From Lama guanicoe (taxonomy: Eukaryota), in contig MU053881.1 of the NCBI GenBank assembly GCA_013239625.1, positions 11,398,873-11,462,872 on the forward strand: DNA of 64,000 nt, written 5' to 3'. The position numbers and the translations under genes are program-made. Shown one piece after another: positions 13,480 to 26,847 of this stretch; positions within the stretch are counted from its first letter, which is position 1; every line of letters starts with the position of its first letter. The notes below the pieces were generated by a model, which worked only from the letters and a program-made list of their open reading frames with translations, ran no database searches and was not told the origin of the DNA.

Positions 13480-13628
13480 CTAAAGAAAATCACATTAGAG
13501 GAGGGGTCTGGATAAAGAAATTAGGTGATGAGTGTGTTTGTGGAATTTCTTTTCTTATGCTTTAGATGCTACTTTCTTTTACGTATGGTAATTATCAACT
13601 TCTGTGTACAATAAAAAGATAAAAAGAC
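13480..13628 (+). mobile_element. L1ME-like 3' end
   Basis: G-rich patch, T-rich stretch and aataaaaag end. Confidence 0.4.
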
Positions 13629-15900
13629 AAAGGCGATTTTGGCTTCACTACAAATTAACAGACAAAAAAATCGAAGACATTCGTGTGTGATACCTTCCCT
13701 ACTAATATGTCAAAAAGACCACCCACCCTCTCAAGAATGGTGCCTGTAAAAGACAGAGGAAACAAGTTCCCATCAAGAACGTTTTTTTCCTTCTCCTACA
13801 GCAACATTAATTATGTTGTCCGCTGGAGTCGAAAGAATGAAATAGGCAGAGGCAATCTGATTCTCATCTTGTTTAAACTTGTCAGTTCCAAAATGAAGTC
13901 AAGAGTTAGTCAGGGAAAACGGAGATCTCCTTCCTCATTTAGAGATAAATGGGAAGTCTAGCTCTTTTTTTTTTTTTTAAGACAGTTTGTCTTCAGAAGT
14001 CACTTGTCTCTTTTTTAAAGTATTACTAATTCAGCCCCTCATATGACACCCACAGGCTGCAAGCAATGTTTTTCATCAGGAGACACTCCCATCTTCAGCA
14101 ACACCAAGCATCATCTGCGTGCCTTTGATCCTCTGCTGAAAGAAAAGGTATCTCTAAGGTGCTCAGGAGCTGCCAAGACACCAATTTTTAAGTTGAATTT
14201 TTGCCTCAACCCGGCGTTATTACTTCCTGGCTCTGCTGCTTTGTGTGGCTAGGCAGGCAACCCAAGGATAAGCTAACTTCAACAAGCACCTGTTTGTTAG
14301 AACTCTGACTCACAAAATGGCCCTGGTCTTACATATATGTGCGTCTGGAGGAGAGAAGGGAGGAGAGACGGGGAAACCTGAGGAAAGAACAGAAGTATAT
14401 GAAGTGTGAATAACTAGATTACTGGGTGAAGGGAGGGCTAGAGAGGATGACAGGGATGTGAAAGGAAGAGGCTGAGAGGAAAAGAGGTATGCGATTTGCA
14501 CCAGGGATCAAAACACTGAACATGCCATGTGGTAGAAGGAATTTAAATACAGACTGTGTTCAGTCAAGGGAGTTTTTTCTTCTCCTTTGAGTTGTGAATT
14601 CAGGACTTTTTTCCTTTCCCCAAATGAAGACATTTATATAATCAGTTGTTAGATAAAATGAATAGAATGAAAAGAAAAGGCCGTTTTTATAACTTCTTTC
14701 TCTAACAGAATTTTTTTATCCCAAAAGAAAATAAATAGATTCAAACAATCACTTATTAAAATTACCTGGGACAATGCTTAAAAAAAACACACACACACAA
14801 GAATGATTTTATTAAGATTAATATATTTCACCAAATTCCACCCTCTTCTCCACATCGACTCTACTCTCACTGCTTACATGAATTTTTTGGATTAGATATC
14901 TTTTTCAAATGTGTTCTGAAAGATACTAGCTTAAGTGTCAATTTTTTTTTTCACAGAAGCTTAGATACACTAGCGAGTATTGAATTAATGGAAATAAATC
15001 TATTCACCAATGTTCTGCCTATAGCTTTGATGTGACACTCCAGTGAGACCCAAAAGTGTTACTGCTTCTTAAATTCAGGTTAAGGTACATGGGCTGGGAG
15101 ATAACAATTCCTCCATTATCTTCTTCATAACCTGAGTCTTAAAAAGTTCAGTACTAACAAAAAAGTTTTATTGTCAATTTTTAAAAAAATAACTGGTCCT
15201 GATAAGTAACAAAGAATCCTGATTTTTTAAAAAAAAGAAAGTGCATTTACCAATTTTTCTAATCTCTTTAAAGTTTTTCAATAGTTCTAAATTAAATCCC
15301 TTTCACCCTTATCTCTTTATCCATCAGAAAATCCGAAGGGTATTTGGATTCAGACATCTATTGCACCAAAGATCTTTCATTACACAGCACAAACAAGCAC
15401 TTTTATTGAACAAGAACCCAATTACTTAACCTAGCTTCAGGTTTCATTCTACCCTGAGGCATCTATCCTGATAGAAGCCTACTAATCTCTTCTGATGTAC
15501 GTTGCTACATATCAGCTCTGATACACAGAGATGATTCCCAACCTTCTTGCAGAGAACCACTGATTAAATAAACTGAGATGCCCATCTCAGCTTCCGTAGA
15601 CCAATGAATAACAATGAGAAAGAGTGCAGGCAGATCTGGACCCCTTCCTGCTTCGAGCATGGCACAGGGAGAGAGAAAAGGGGAAAGAGGAGTACCTGTT
15701 CTGAGAAAACCACCAGCATTTACCAAAGTCCTGTCCTGGCAGTGCCTGAGTTTCTCTCTAGTTTGTTTCCGCTCTTTAAACTACTGTCATACTCCCCACA
15801 TTTTGAGAAGAGAAGAAATCAGTTCCTTAAAGCTCTAGTACCTTTGCTGCTACCATTCTTTCTTTTTCAAACTTACAATGTTAATGACTTGGCCTTTATG

Positions 15901-16072
15901 TCAGTAACTCTCAACACTAAATGTGTATTAAAATAACCCAGGAGCTTTAAAGAAGCCTGAGTCCCATCTCTAGAGATCCTGATTTAATTTATCAGGGCTG
16001 GGAACTGAGCATTATTATTTTTTAAAGCTCTACAGATGACCGAAATATACAGCTACAGTTGAGAAGTACAGC
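15901..16072. mobile_element. MER5-family hAT-Charlie MITE
   Basis: cagtaactctcaac...agagatcctgatttaatt...tttaaagctctacagatg...gttgagaagtacag. Confidence 0.75.
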
Positions 16073-16289
16073 TTGGTGTAAATAGCAACAAACAAGTTTG
16101 TAAATTGTTATATTAGAATTATGAAGAGGTCTTAGGGATAATTTAGTCTAGCTGCACTTCCAGTGCAGGAATATTCTAAAGAGAAGCCTCTGGAAATGTT
16201 ACACTGATGAACACTTTGTTACCTCACAAGAAAGTCTATTTCTTTGGTTTTCTTTTCACATTAAGCCTTTAGAAAAAGTCCCCAAGATA

Positions 16290-16383
16290 CGTCAAAGTAT
16301 CCATGCACACGACTACTCATAACAACACTTTATATTAACAAATAAACTCAGTAATTTAATGTCCACCAATAAGGAACTGGAAT

Positions 16384-16446
<63 letters not shown>

Positions 16447-16665
16447 GTGTTCAGAGCAGGGAATAGGGAGACTACCTTCAGTGTAAAATATTTTAAAGAT
16501 GTACCTATCATGTATGTACTTTTGTGTAGGATACCTTTTTGAAGAATACTGAAAATAGTGGTTTCTACAAAGATAAGACTAGTCTTTTATTTTTAGTTTA
16601 CACTGTTTTAATTAATTCTACTTTCTAATCATTTGTATGAACTATTTTCTTGTATTTCAATTAGC
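16290..16665 (+). mobile_element. L1ME 3' UTR fragments split by a microsatellite
   Basis: aatgtccaccaataaggaactgg. Confidence 0.55.
16385..16446. repeat. Compound microsatellite (AG)17(TG)14
   Basis: Counted directly from the sequence. Confidence 0.97.
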
Positions 16666-17519
16666 AGAGGTTATTTAGATATTGGGATAACAGACCATTT
16701 GTGTTTCCTTTTTTTAAAGGTTTCAGTATCCTCCCCAATACTGAGGTGCAATCTGCTATACTCATGCTTTTCCTTGAGCTGCCATTTGGAGCTACACAGA
16801 ATGAAGTTACCAGTCTTCTACATGATGACCATTTAGCTATTTGAAAGAATGTAATAATGTTTTTCCCTTGGTGGAAGCTCGATTCTCTTCTATTCTTCAT
16901 ATTCCCTCAGAGATTGTGCATCATGTGTTTAGTATTAACATGTAAGAATTAAAGGATACAGGAGTAACTTCACAAATAACTGCTACTAAGAAGCTTACAT
17001 TCAATCAAGGAGATAAAAATAAAAGATAAAATATAGTCATTTCATTACAAGTTTATTTATAAACAGAAGAAATGAATGCACACAGGGGAGTCTAGTTTTT
17101 GAAGACGGTGGGCAGTGAACAGGGGAGTAAAGTTGGTAAATAGGCATGGAACACTTTTATGAATATTTATTTTTCAAGTTAACAAAGCATTTTAATGTGT
17201 TATTTTAATGCAATTTTATAACAGTGTCCAATATTATTATCACCATTTCATAATTGTGAAAATGGAAGCTCACGTTAAAATGGCTATAAGATTCCTTCTT
17301 TTTTTCTCTGAACATGCTCTGATTCATCAGTATTCCTCTGCAATAGCCAAGGATTAAAGGCATTTTCTAAATGTGGCCAGATCAATGCAGAAGCAAATGG
17401 CATTACCAGGTCCACTGATGTTGACACTAGCATCTCAGATAATTTGCTTTCTAGAGTAGAAAGTGTGTGGTGGAGGGGGAGTCAAAGCAGGAGTTAAGTA
17501 TGTGGAGGAAGGAGCCCCT

Positions 17520-17820
17520 ACATCTACCTGGAAGAGTCAATGGCAGCTTCCGAAAGGAGAGAGTGTTGGCTTGAACTATGATCTGAAAGGCAAAGGAGAA
17601 TTTTCCAGGGCAGAGAATGTGGGGACGTCATTCTAGGCAGAGGGAGCAGCACAACCAGAAACACTGCACGTTCAGGCGCTGTGGGTGCTTTCGCACTGTG
17701 CAGAGTTGCAAGGACAGGAAAAAGGGACAAACGGGAGAGAAGTTAGAAAGAGAGACTGAAGTCCGACCATTAGGATCCTGGAAATTTGAATTTGACTCTA
17801 ATGGCAGTGGAAATAAAATA
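17520..17820 (-). mobile_element. L2 fragment
   Basis: cattctaggcagagggagcagcac. Confidence 0.75.
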
Positions 17821-19109
17821 ATAACTCATTTTATGTCCTGGAAAATACTAGAAGCCAAAAAGAAATGAAAGCATGCATAATAGAGACACTCTCAGCTAAA
17901 ATAAAACGTCCACATAAATACTGTTAGCTTTTAAGTTGAAATGACAATGACTTTTGTGGGGTTTTTTTTTTTACTCCCTATTGGGAACATAGTCATACAC
18001 TTTTATGAGAAATGACTGTCATTTTCATTAAGTTATGAACAGTATAGAAGAGTCAACAGGTGCCTAATATGACTGCTTATGGTTAGATCACTTTCAAATT
18101 TGTTTTGGCATAATATTTCCATCTGAATATTCTGTCAGTTAATAAAAAAAATGGCATACTTCCATTAGAAGTCATTTATTGCAGGCTATTTACTATGATT
18201 TCTTTGCTTCCAATTTCTTGTCAAATGAAAGGCCGTATCTCAGCTTCTCCTGAACAATTTTGAGCTTTAGCTTCTATAGTACAGATGTCTATGGCACATT
18301 CTAAAATTGGGATCCCTATTGGGAACAACAGGAATCCACGGTAAGAAAAGAAAATACACAGCAATATGTATGAGAAGAGAATTTTTTTTTCTTTTAGTTT
18401 TAATATTCTTTAAGACTGCATGCTGGTTTCCTCTGATGTGAGAACATTTCTCAAAAGACACTAAATTGAAGGTTTTAAACAATATTCTGTTCTCTGAAAT
18501 GCTTATAAAACATTCCTTTTGAGGTTAAAAAAAATTATGGGTTAATAAGTAGTTTCAGACAATAACAGAACAAAGCTATTATATTTTGGAGTATGAGACC
18601 AAAATATTTTTGTGAGAGCCAGTGCTAGAGATTACATTTTATTTGATAGAAGTGTAATTTATAGCATCAGTATATAGATTAATTATGACTGTTTCATGTT
18701 TTATTGTCAAATCTCCTTGTCTAATAAAGCCATAGATAATGAAGCTGGCAGATGAGATCATTTTCTGGAGTTTTCAAGGTCAATATGTCAATTAAGATTG
18801 TGGGCTAATTCATTAGTACTGGGGGAAACAATGAACATGCTGAGCGACAGGAGATTGTGAGTCTAGGATATCAAACATCTATATTGACTTATGACAGCCT
18901 CAAGTTCTCTATTTTGTGAAGTGATTTAGTGGGGCAAATTACTTTTTCACTAATTTGACAAAGATGAAACTTTCTAAGACTGCATAACATAATATAGGTT
19001 CAAATACTGCTGCATCATATAAATCAGTGAACCATGATACACATTTTGAGCCAAATTCTCCAAGGACGTAAGTTTTCCATTTCATTTAGCAGCAGCATGA
19101 ATTTGTTTA

Positions 19110-19340
19110 ATTCATTCATTCATTCATTTGACAAGGATTTACAATTTACTGAATCTGTACTCTGCACAAGATTCTGTTAGTCACCTGGGAGGCAAAACAA
19201 AACTAGCAGCCATGGTCTTCACTCTCACATAACTTATAGAGACAGATATTAAACAATTAAGTACACAATTGGTTGTTAAATACAGTTGGCATAAGTGCCA
19301 TAAAGGGAAAGTTCCACATGATGTGACAGGATATAACTGT
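19110..19340 (-). mobile_element. L2 3' end
   Basis: (TTCA)n head, then atttactgaatctgtactctgcacaag. Confidence 0.75.
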
Positions 19341-19611
19341 TATTATCTCGTGCCTTAAAAATAAGTGGTCTGAACATAATTATAGAATAATTTATGGACA
19401 TCAATGCACTGCTTAAATATAATTGAATACATTTTTATTGAGAACCTATTATATTCCATTCATTCTATGGGTACTGAGGATATAAGGAAATCATACGATG
19501 CAACTGGAAACAGACGTATGCATAGCAAAATGCAAAAGCTATTATTGGAATGGAAGCACAGATAAAAGGGTGGACCCTGAGATTATAAATGAAAATGAAA
19601 AATAAGAAGAA

Positions 19612-20410
19612 ATTCATTCATTTATTCAAATATTCCTTGAACATCTGGCATATTCCCAACATGATACTTTGGTGTTGGAAATCTCTGACAACAAAACACA
19701 AGCCCTGACCATGAAGGATTCGTTGTATAGAGCAGTGGTCTCAATCAGGATGATTTTCACCTCAGGGGACATAAGGCAATGTCTAGAGACATCTTTCTTT
19801 ATCACAGCTGAGGAGAGGATGTTACTGCAATCTACTGTATGGAGGCCAGAGATGCTGCTAAGTATCCCACAATGCAAAAAACATTTTGCACACAACAAGT
19901 ATTTTTCCTTAAGATGGATAATTATCCATCCCCAAATATCAACAGGGCCAAGGTTGATAAACCCTTGAGAACCACAGAGAAATAAGTCATTATAATGCAG
20001 CAGTGTTAGTGTTGAAATGTGGCTGTGCTTTAAAAAACTGAGAGTATAGACTGGGATATAAGGAGAACAGGCAAGGAAGACCATCTGGCTTGGGATGCCA
20101 TTATTACAAATTATGGTGAGATGCTGCCAAGACCTGGGCTAGGACTATCAAAATGAAGATAGCAAGGTTAATTTTTAAAAAAATAGATGTGAGAGGAAAT
20201 TTGAGTAGTAAAATAAGTACTGATTTATTGAGCAGTGATGTGGCGGAAATTTGCAGGGAGAAAGAGCTGAAGCAGATGGAAGAGTCAATGAGTTCCTTAA
20301 GCTGTTTAGTTTGGGTGATAGGTTACAGTGTTAACACTAACAAGCATTGGAACAAAAGAGAAGGAACGTGTTTTGAGGATATTAACAATGGTAATGAAGA
20401 TTAAACATTA
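19612..20410 (-). mobile_element. L2 3' region interrupted by MER20
   Basis: attcattcatttattcaaatattccttgaacatct at the start; L2 text resumes after 19970. Confidence 0.7.
19733..19966. mobile_element. MER20 hAT-Charlie MITE
   Basis: cagtggtctcaa...ggcaatgtctagagacat...ggaggccagagatgctgctaa...gccaaggttgataaaccct. Confidence 0.9.
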
Positions 20411-20416
20411 TGGTGA

Positions 20417-20890
20417 CAGCCCCTGACTTTCAATTTTTTGACTTGATAATGATGATGCAAAAGTAGTATACATTCAATAGAAGCCATACTTTTAGTTTTG
20501 AATGTTCATTTTCCTGGACGATGTGGTACGATACTCTCTAGTGATGCTGGGCAGTGGCAGTGAACCACAGCTACCAGGCAGCCACACTATCTATCATGAG
20601 GGTAGACAACCCAGCACACTTATAACCAATCTGTACCCACACAACCATTCTGTTTTGCACGTGCAGTACAGTATTCAATAAATTACATGAGATATTCAGC
20701 ACTTTACTATACAGATGATTTTGCCTAAGTGTAAGCTAATAGAAGTGTTCTGAACACATTTAAGGCAAGCTAGGCTAAGCCACGATGTTCAGTAGGTTAG
20801 ATATACTTGATTTTATTTTAAACTTTCAACATTTTCAAATTACAGTGTGTTTACTGGGACATAATTCCACTGTATGCTGAGGAAGACCTG
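20417..20890 (-). mobile_element. MER47/Tigger5-family DNA transposon
   Basis: cagtacagtattcaataaattacatgagatattca...gctaggctaagc...gatgttcagtaggttag; ends gaggaagacctg|ta. Confidence 0.85.
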
Positions 20891-20980
20891 TAAGTTATTG
20901 TGTTATACAGTGTGTCAGTCAGAGTGAACATTATTAAATTTGTCATTATCTTGACAGGGAGGTCGTTATTTAAATAAGTA

Positions 20981-21208
20981 CAGCTGAGCTCAGAACAACG
21001 GGAGGCGGTTGTTAGGAACACTGATCCCCACCCCAAACAGTCAAAAATCCAGGTATAACTTTACAGTCAGCCCTTTTTATCCGTGGTTCCCCATCTGCTG
21101 ATTCAGTCAACCTCAGACTGCACTGTACTGTAGTTCATATTTATTGAAAAAAATCCAGTATAAATGGATCTGTGCAGTTCAAACTGGTGTTGTTTCAAAT
21201 GGTAACTG
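20981..21208 (+). mobile_element. MER8 (Tigger2-related MITE)
   Basis: ta|cagctgagctcagaacaac...aaaaatccaggtataacttt...gcagttcaaactggtgttgtt...aactg. Confidence 0.85.
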
Positions 21209-21211
21209 TCA

Positions 21212-21335
21212 TATTATCCCCAATTTCTAAGATAGGGTGATAAAGGTCAAATAAATTGCTCAAGGTCGTATTGCTTATTAGTGGCAATATCCAGACTCCA
21301 ACTGTAGTTCATCTTCTCCTAAAGCTGAGGTTTTC
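21212..21335 (-). mobile_element. MIR fragment
   Basis: tattatccccaattt...aattgctcaaggtc...tagtggca. Confidence 0.65.
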
Positions 21336-21889
21336 GACATGTATGCTGTACTGGATAAGCAAGGAGGAGACTGGACAGACCACCTGGGTTCTCCAAACAG
21401 CAAAACCTAGAGTAAAAGCTTGTATACTACTAGCTTATTAGGGAGAACAAGTCTAGGGAAGCATAAGACAGGAGAAATTTGAGTGAGTCATGGATGTAGA
21501 GAGAGCAAACATTCAATATTAAGTCAAGCACACTTGTTTGCTTGATTAAAGGAGACTCTTCTAAGGGGCCATTTAAACTGTGCATTTCAGGACAGTCCAC
21601 GTAGAAGAAGAAAAGGAGAATCAAGTCTCAACAACAGCAGTGAAATATTCACCCAAAAGTTTTCATTCTCCTGTACAATTATCCTTTAATTCTCCTTTGA
21701 TTCTCCTTCCAGGTTGCTCACACAGATACCAAGTGGGTCTCACCAGCAGCAGAGATGACCTGGGGCAGGAAGCAAGAAACATAGAGCATGCACAAAAGAC
21801 AAGACAGAGGTGAGCTGTGCCTGTGAGAATCAATGACAAGGAAGCAAATGCAAAATAAGTGGCCAAGTCCCCAAGACCAGTGCAGCTGG

Positions 21890-22115
21890 GAAGCTGTGCA
21901 ATGGTATGTAAGAAGTACCTGATATTGCTGGTCTCTACAAGCTACCAGCTTTGTCACTAACTTAAGTTACTCCCCTCTCCTGGTGTTTTAATTTTCTCAT
22001 CTATGAAATAGAGAAAAAAGCGTATTACCTACCTTATAGTGATATGAGGATTCAAAGACTTAACAAATATCAATCATTCTAAAACAATACTACCGTAAAC
22101 GCCAAACTCATTATC
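21890..22115 (+). mobile_element. MIR
   Basis: ttttctcatctatgaaatagag...acctaccttatag...gaggattcaa. Confidence 0.75.
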
Positions 22116-22143
22116 CTGTCATTGGTATCACTACCATCATTGC

Positions 22144-22752
22144 TGTTGAGAAAGAGAAAATCAGCCTCTTAGACCCAGGAGCTGGCTGACTCAACAGCAA
22201 GGCTTTGGCATTGTTAGGAGCTGGCCTGGCACTCAGAGCTAAGGGCATCATGTTCTCTTGCGACTATAAACAATCTCACAGAAAACACCATGATCCAAAA
22301 GGTCACTTTGTGACTTTGATGAAGTGAGACAAAAACAAGACTACTTCATAATCACATGCAAGCATAGTTTAAAAACATGGTCATTGTACAAACTCAAAGT
22401 GCCAAAAAGCACCCCTTCTCAAGGCTGGTGTGAGGGACTGCTCTTCTTTACCAGTTTGACCTTTCTCCCCAGTCTGTAACTCCTTCCCTCTAGATAATAT
22501 GAATTAAGATACTCAATCACAGATTTATGTGACTCCTCTCTAATAGCTTCCAATCCAGAGTCAAGCCCCACTTCCTTGAATTGTCCTCGAAATCACCTAA
22601 CACAAGCCCAAATCCTGTAATAAGTCCTTTCTAAAATCCTCTTACTGAGGTATCCCAGGGCTCCACTTATGTGCTCTCCCTCACTGTGAGCAATAAACCC
22701 AATTTGTTCAAATACAGACGTGTATGCGGTGGGCTTTGGCTGGAGGCCAGCA
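22144..22752 (+). mobile_element. ERV1 solo LTR, MER31-like
   Basis: TG...CA ends; cacctaacacaagcccaaatcct; gcaataaacccaa polyA signal; ctttggctggagg near the end. Confidence 0.8.
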
Positions 22753-22979
22753 TCATCACTGTCATCATCATCTCTAAAGTTAAGACGTAAAATTAGCTAT
22801 AGATCTGTGAAATTTTAGCATTTAAGTTACAATTGAAGCACGAGCAGTACAAGACATTACTTAAGGAAAGAATGTCAAATAGCAGAAGTAAATTGCAGAA
22901 TGTTGAACCGGGGAGAACACACAAGCAAATTCGGGACAGGCCAAATTCATTGCTCAACAAATCAATTTATTAGTAGTCA

Positions 22980-24265
22980 CAGAGGAGAAGAAGGAAGAGA
23001 GTTCAATTTATGGAAAGAAGAAAGGAGTTTTAAGGATGTCATGGTGGTCTCATTGGCATGATTTTAAAATGTCCAGATAAATAAGAACCAGGGGAAGTCC
23101 ATTAGATCAGAAATACAGAGAGTATGACAGCCAATACTCCAAAGAGTATTCAAGTAAATGGGTAATAGAGAAAATGAATTACAGTAGACAAAGTAATAAA
23201 AGAGAAACAGGGAAATCAGTAATTTTTAAAGTATGAATGTCAACAGGACTAAGATGGGAATTTAATCTGAGGGAAATACACGGTTGTAGGAGGGAATACT
23301 TAAAGACAGGGACACGTCAACTTTTAGTTTGCTTTAAGAAAGGGTCTGTGGGAAGATAGTGTTTGCAGATCCAAGAAAGCAAGGGAAAGTTTGCTGAATT
23401 AGGATCCTAGAGTACAAGAGGGGAAAAGAGATCAAGAACGTGGTTGGGGATCTGTGTCAGAGGTCGAAGAAAGGGCAGCTAAGGCATTTTGTCACTGTTG
23501 ATTTGTTTCCTCAGGAAATAGTCTGAAACATCTGTTAATGTCAACTGAGTTTGGTGACACTAGAATAGCCACATCAAAAAAAAAAAAAAAGGAACTGGAG
23601 ACAACAAGTAGAAAAGAAATACTGCCAGGCATTATTAAGAATGTAGTTAGGGGAGAAGATTACATACTCATAGCGCTAATGGACCCAGGAAGCATGGCTA
23701 TGTAAAGTTTCTCTAGCGCTCCTCAGCAGCTGACATGAGGACGAGACAAATCAATGTTTGGACTGATCCCTGTGCTCAGTGTTAAGTTTTCTGTGATGGA
23801 AGCTTAAGGGAAACCAAAGAATAGAAAGTCTGATGAGAGCAGAGTTGAAATGAGTGATGAATGTGTCAAGGCTAGATAAACAGGGAAGCAAAGCCAGCTA
23901 CAGAATGACCCGCTAAGGGAGTTCAAAGTTCTCAAGCTCACTGGTGGAGGAGGGACAGAGGTAGTATAGAAGGTGGTGGGAGAGGGTGCAGGGACATTTA
24001 GGGGAGTGCAGAGAGGGAGCTGCAGTGGGAGGGGAAATTAACAGCTAGGTTCAATAGCAGTGCCAGTGAGAGAATCTGAAGCTTGGAAAGACAGAGGATT
24101 TCAGATTAAAATTTTGGAAAGAGAACAGTTGTGAAAGATAGTAAGACATATACACTGATCTAGAAATGTGGCCTTGAGGTTGGGCAGGGGCATGGAGGGA
24201 AGTGACTAGAGAAGAAGAGTGCCAGGACCCAAGGGGCTAGCAAAGGTGGTGTATGTAAACAGGAG
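22980..24265 (-). mobile_element. Long decayed L2 internal fragment
   Basis: Purine-rich stretch with L2-like motifs (ggaactggagacaacaagtaga; ttcagattaaaattttggaaagagaacagtt). Confidence 0.5.
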
Positions 24266-25010
24266 ACAAACTTTAAAAAGATTACTAAGTATTAGTTATC
24301 CTATTTTCAGAGGGAAAAATAGGATTTCTACCATACTGTAAAAAAGGAAGAGCAAAAAGAAAACCCCTATAATATTTCATATTATAATGTAGAAAATTTA
24401 CCCTTCTTGTGTAGTAACAATTTTATTAAACTGTAGTGAGAATTACTTTTACACAATGCTCATATGCAACATCTAGACATCACCTTCTGAAGATGCCAGA
24501 GAAGCCACACATATAGGAAAAATCCTTACGCATCTATCCTGCTTTCTAGAAAAGACCTGACTTACTTGCTGGTATCTATTTATTTAACTTTACAGCAGAT
24601 TCAAAAGATTTAAGAAGCTACACTGTCAAAAGAATGGTATATAATTCTTGTGCCACTATTTCAGCCATGAGATTTTCGATAACAAAGGTGACTGGATATA
24701 TTTGGGGACCCTGGTAAATACTTGGTACTATAATACTGAAGTTTAATTTAGCCCTGCATAGAAAATCAGTAGTCTCATTCTAGGTGAAATTTTAAAGAAT
24801 AACTCATGATAAATGTTTTATTCCAGAGGTGATTTAGTAGGGCAGAAAGTAAAACATGTATTTTATTTGCTACAAATTAAAGTGTACTCTCCATGTGTAT
24901 TATGAAATAAAAAATTACATTTCCAAAGAGAAAAGTTACCTGATTACATTCCTGAGAGGATATATGTGTTGTTAACATTTTAACTCTGCTACACTTGCTA
25001 AGATCTTACT

Positions 25011-25057
25011 TTAACACAACATTGTAAACTGACTATATTTCAATTAAAAAAAAGAAA
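25011..25057 (+). mobile_element. 47-bp 3' tip of a young L1 with TSD
   Basis: acacaacattgtaaactgactatatttcaattaaaaaaaa flanked by aagatcttact at 25000-25010 and 25058-25068. Confidence 0.85.
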
Positions 25058-25852
25058 AAGATCTTACTATAAAGTGTGCCTTTGTCCTGCTGCTGATCAT
25101 ACACACTGTGGGAATAATCAGAATAATTAAGATGCAATGGCAAAGAAATGCCAAAATAATACTTAGATAGGATATACTGGTAAAATTTGTGTCACCTGGG
25201 CAGTTTTACTGTAGCATGTAGAATTTTATTTTTAAAAAATCAGGTGATCTGAGTGGTGTACAAAACTAAAAAAATAGGAAAAATAGACATTTTTATATTT
25301 TTTTTCTGGAATCCCCAGGTAATATTATAAAAGAAACATTTAACTCATCTGAGTATGTTTTTAGTAAGGTATCAAAAGGTGGACCATTTTCTCTAGTCTT
25401 TCCTGGGAAATGGAGATAATTAAATATAGGTACAAATCTAACTCCTAAGGATATTTTTTGGTTAATTTTTGAGGCTTTTTAATTTCTAACTAATTTTTGT
25501 TGGATTTGTATACCATTCTGACCTCCCCCCTCCACCATGGGTGATTAAGGTCTCTGCTTACTTCATTCACTATCAAATATGAATCATCCTTATTTCAAAC
25601 TTCTGATTTACCTGCAGGGCTCAGAGCTTTGTTAGTTATTACCTAGGATTATATTCTATTATAGCCACAAAAATGTTCCCTCATTGATTTCATATATAAA
25701 TAATGAGGATCTTAGCTAGTAACCTACCTCTTGTTTTGGTTTTGAAGTGTTGTTAGATTTTAAACCTGAGATCCTTACTCCTATCTCTCAACTTCCACAT
25801 ATCTATTGGGATCATGAGAAATTATGACCATGTCATGCTTGACTACCTAGAA

Positions 25853-26166
25853 GCCTGTGTGCAATATGGTAGCCACTAGTTATTTGTTGCTATGAAGCCC
25901 CTGAAATGTGATGCTAGTCTGAACTGAGATGTGCTATAAGTTTAAAACACAAAGTAGATAGTGATATCTAAGTACAAAAGCAATGTAAAACATTTCAATA
26001 ATTTTTATATTGATTAGGTGTTTAATTGACAATATTTTCATGTATTTGAGAAAATAAAACATAGTATTTGATTTTACCTATAAACAGGTAGTATGGCTAT
26101 AAACATTTTAAAATTACATATGATTCACATTTGTGTTTTCTATTATAATCCTACTGGACAGTAGTG
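25853..26166. mobile_element. MER33 hAT-Charlie MITE
   Basis: aatatggtagccactag...tgaaatgtg...gaactgagatgtgctataag; 8-bp TSD acctagaa/ccctagaa. Confidence 0.85.
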
Positions 26167-26235
26167 CCCTAGAAGAAAGTTTGAAATTAGCCTCTCAGCA
26201 AATGTTGCATTCCACAGTAACAAGATAAGGCAAGG

Positions 26236-26272
26236 CAAAACAAAACAAAACAAAACAGAACAAAACAAAAAA
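26236..26272. repeat. (CAAAA)n
   Basis: Read directly from the sequence. Confidence 0.9.
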
Positions 26273-26307
26273 GCAGGTATGTATGGAGAACGTTATAAAG
26301 AACCTAA

Positions 26308-26847
26308 TGTCGAGGAGGAGGAAATTTTTCTCTGCCCTTCTAGATTCTTCTGGTTGGTGTAAGAATTAATTGACATAAGACAGATTAACAGGAGAAAAAT
26401 CAAACAAAAGTTGAATAATATGTATTCATGGGAGAGATCCAGAAAATTGAGTAACTCACCAAAATGGCCCAAGCCTTCACGTTTAATACCATTTTTAGCT
26501 AAAGACAAAAGAGGATGCTGGGGTAGTGACTTGGGACCTCAAAGGAGAGGAAGGCAATTGACATGGAAATGGAAAAGCAAATGTCTGGTAAACACATATT
26601 TATTGGGCTGTGCAGAGACAATGGGACATAGAGAGGAATTTTAACAGACTTTTCTAGGTTCCTGCCTACCACACCTGGTTCCATACTATAGTTATCTCTG
26701 GTACAAAACCTCTATTTATGTTCTTTCAAGCATTTAGAAGGAAGGTTAAGGTTCCTTCTCAGTCTTTTGGGCCTTAAAAATAATCAACCTAAATAATCCT
26801 CATGCCAAAGAGACACATTTTGGGGTGGCAAATTTTGTTTCCCTACA
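26308..26847 (-). mobile_element. ERV1 solo LTR, MER34/MER39-like
   Basis: Reverse complement begins tgtagggaaacaaaatttgccaccccaaaatgtgtctctttggcatgaggattattt; TG...CA ends. Confidence 0.8.

Noticed and set aside
19626..20084. Longest ORF in the track (152 aa) and the overlapping 99-aa ORF
   Set aside because: Both run through MER20 and L2 sequence and are chance open frames.
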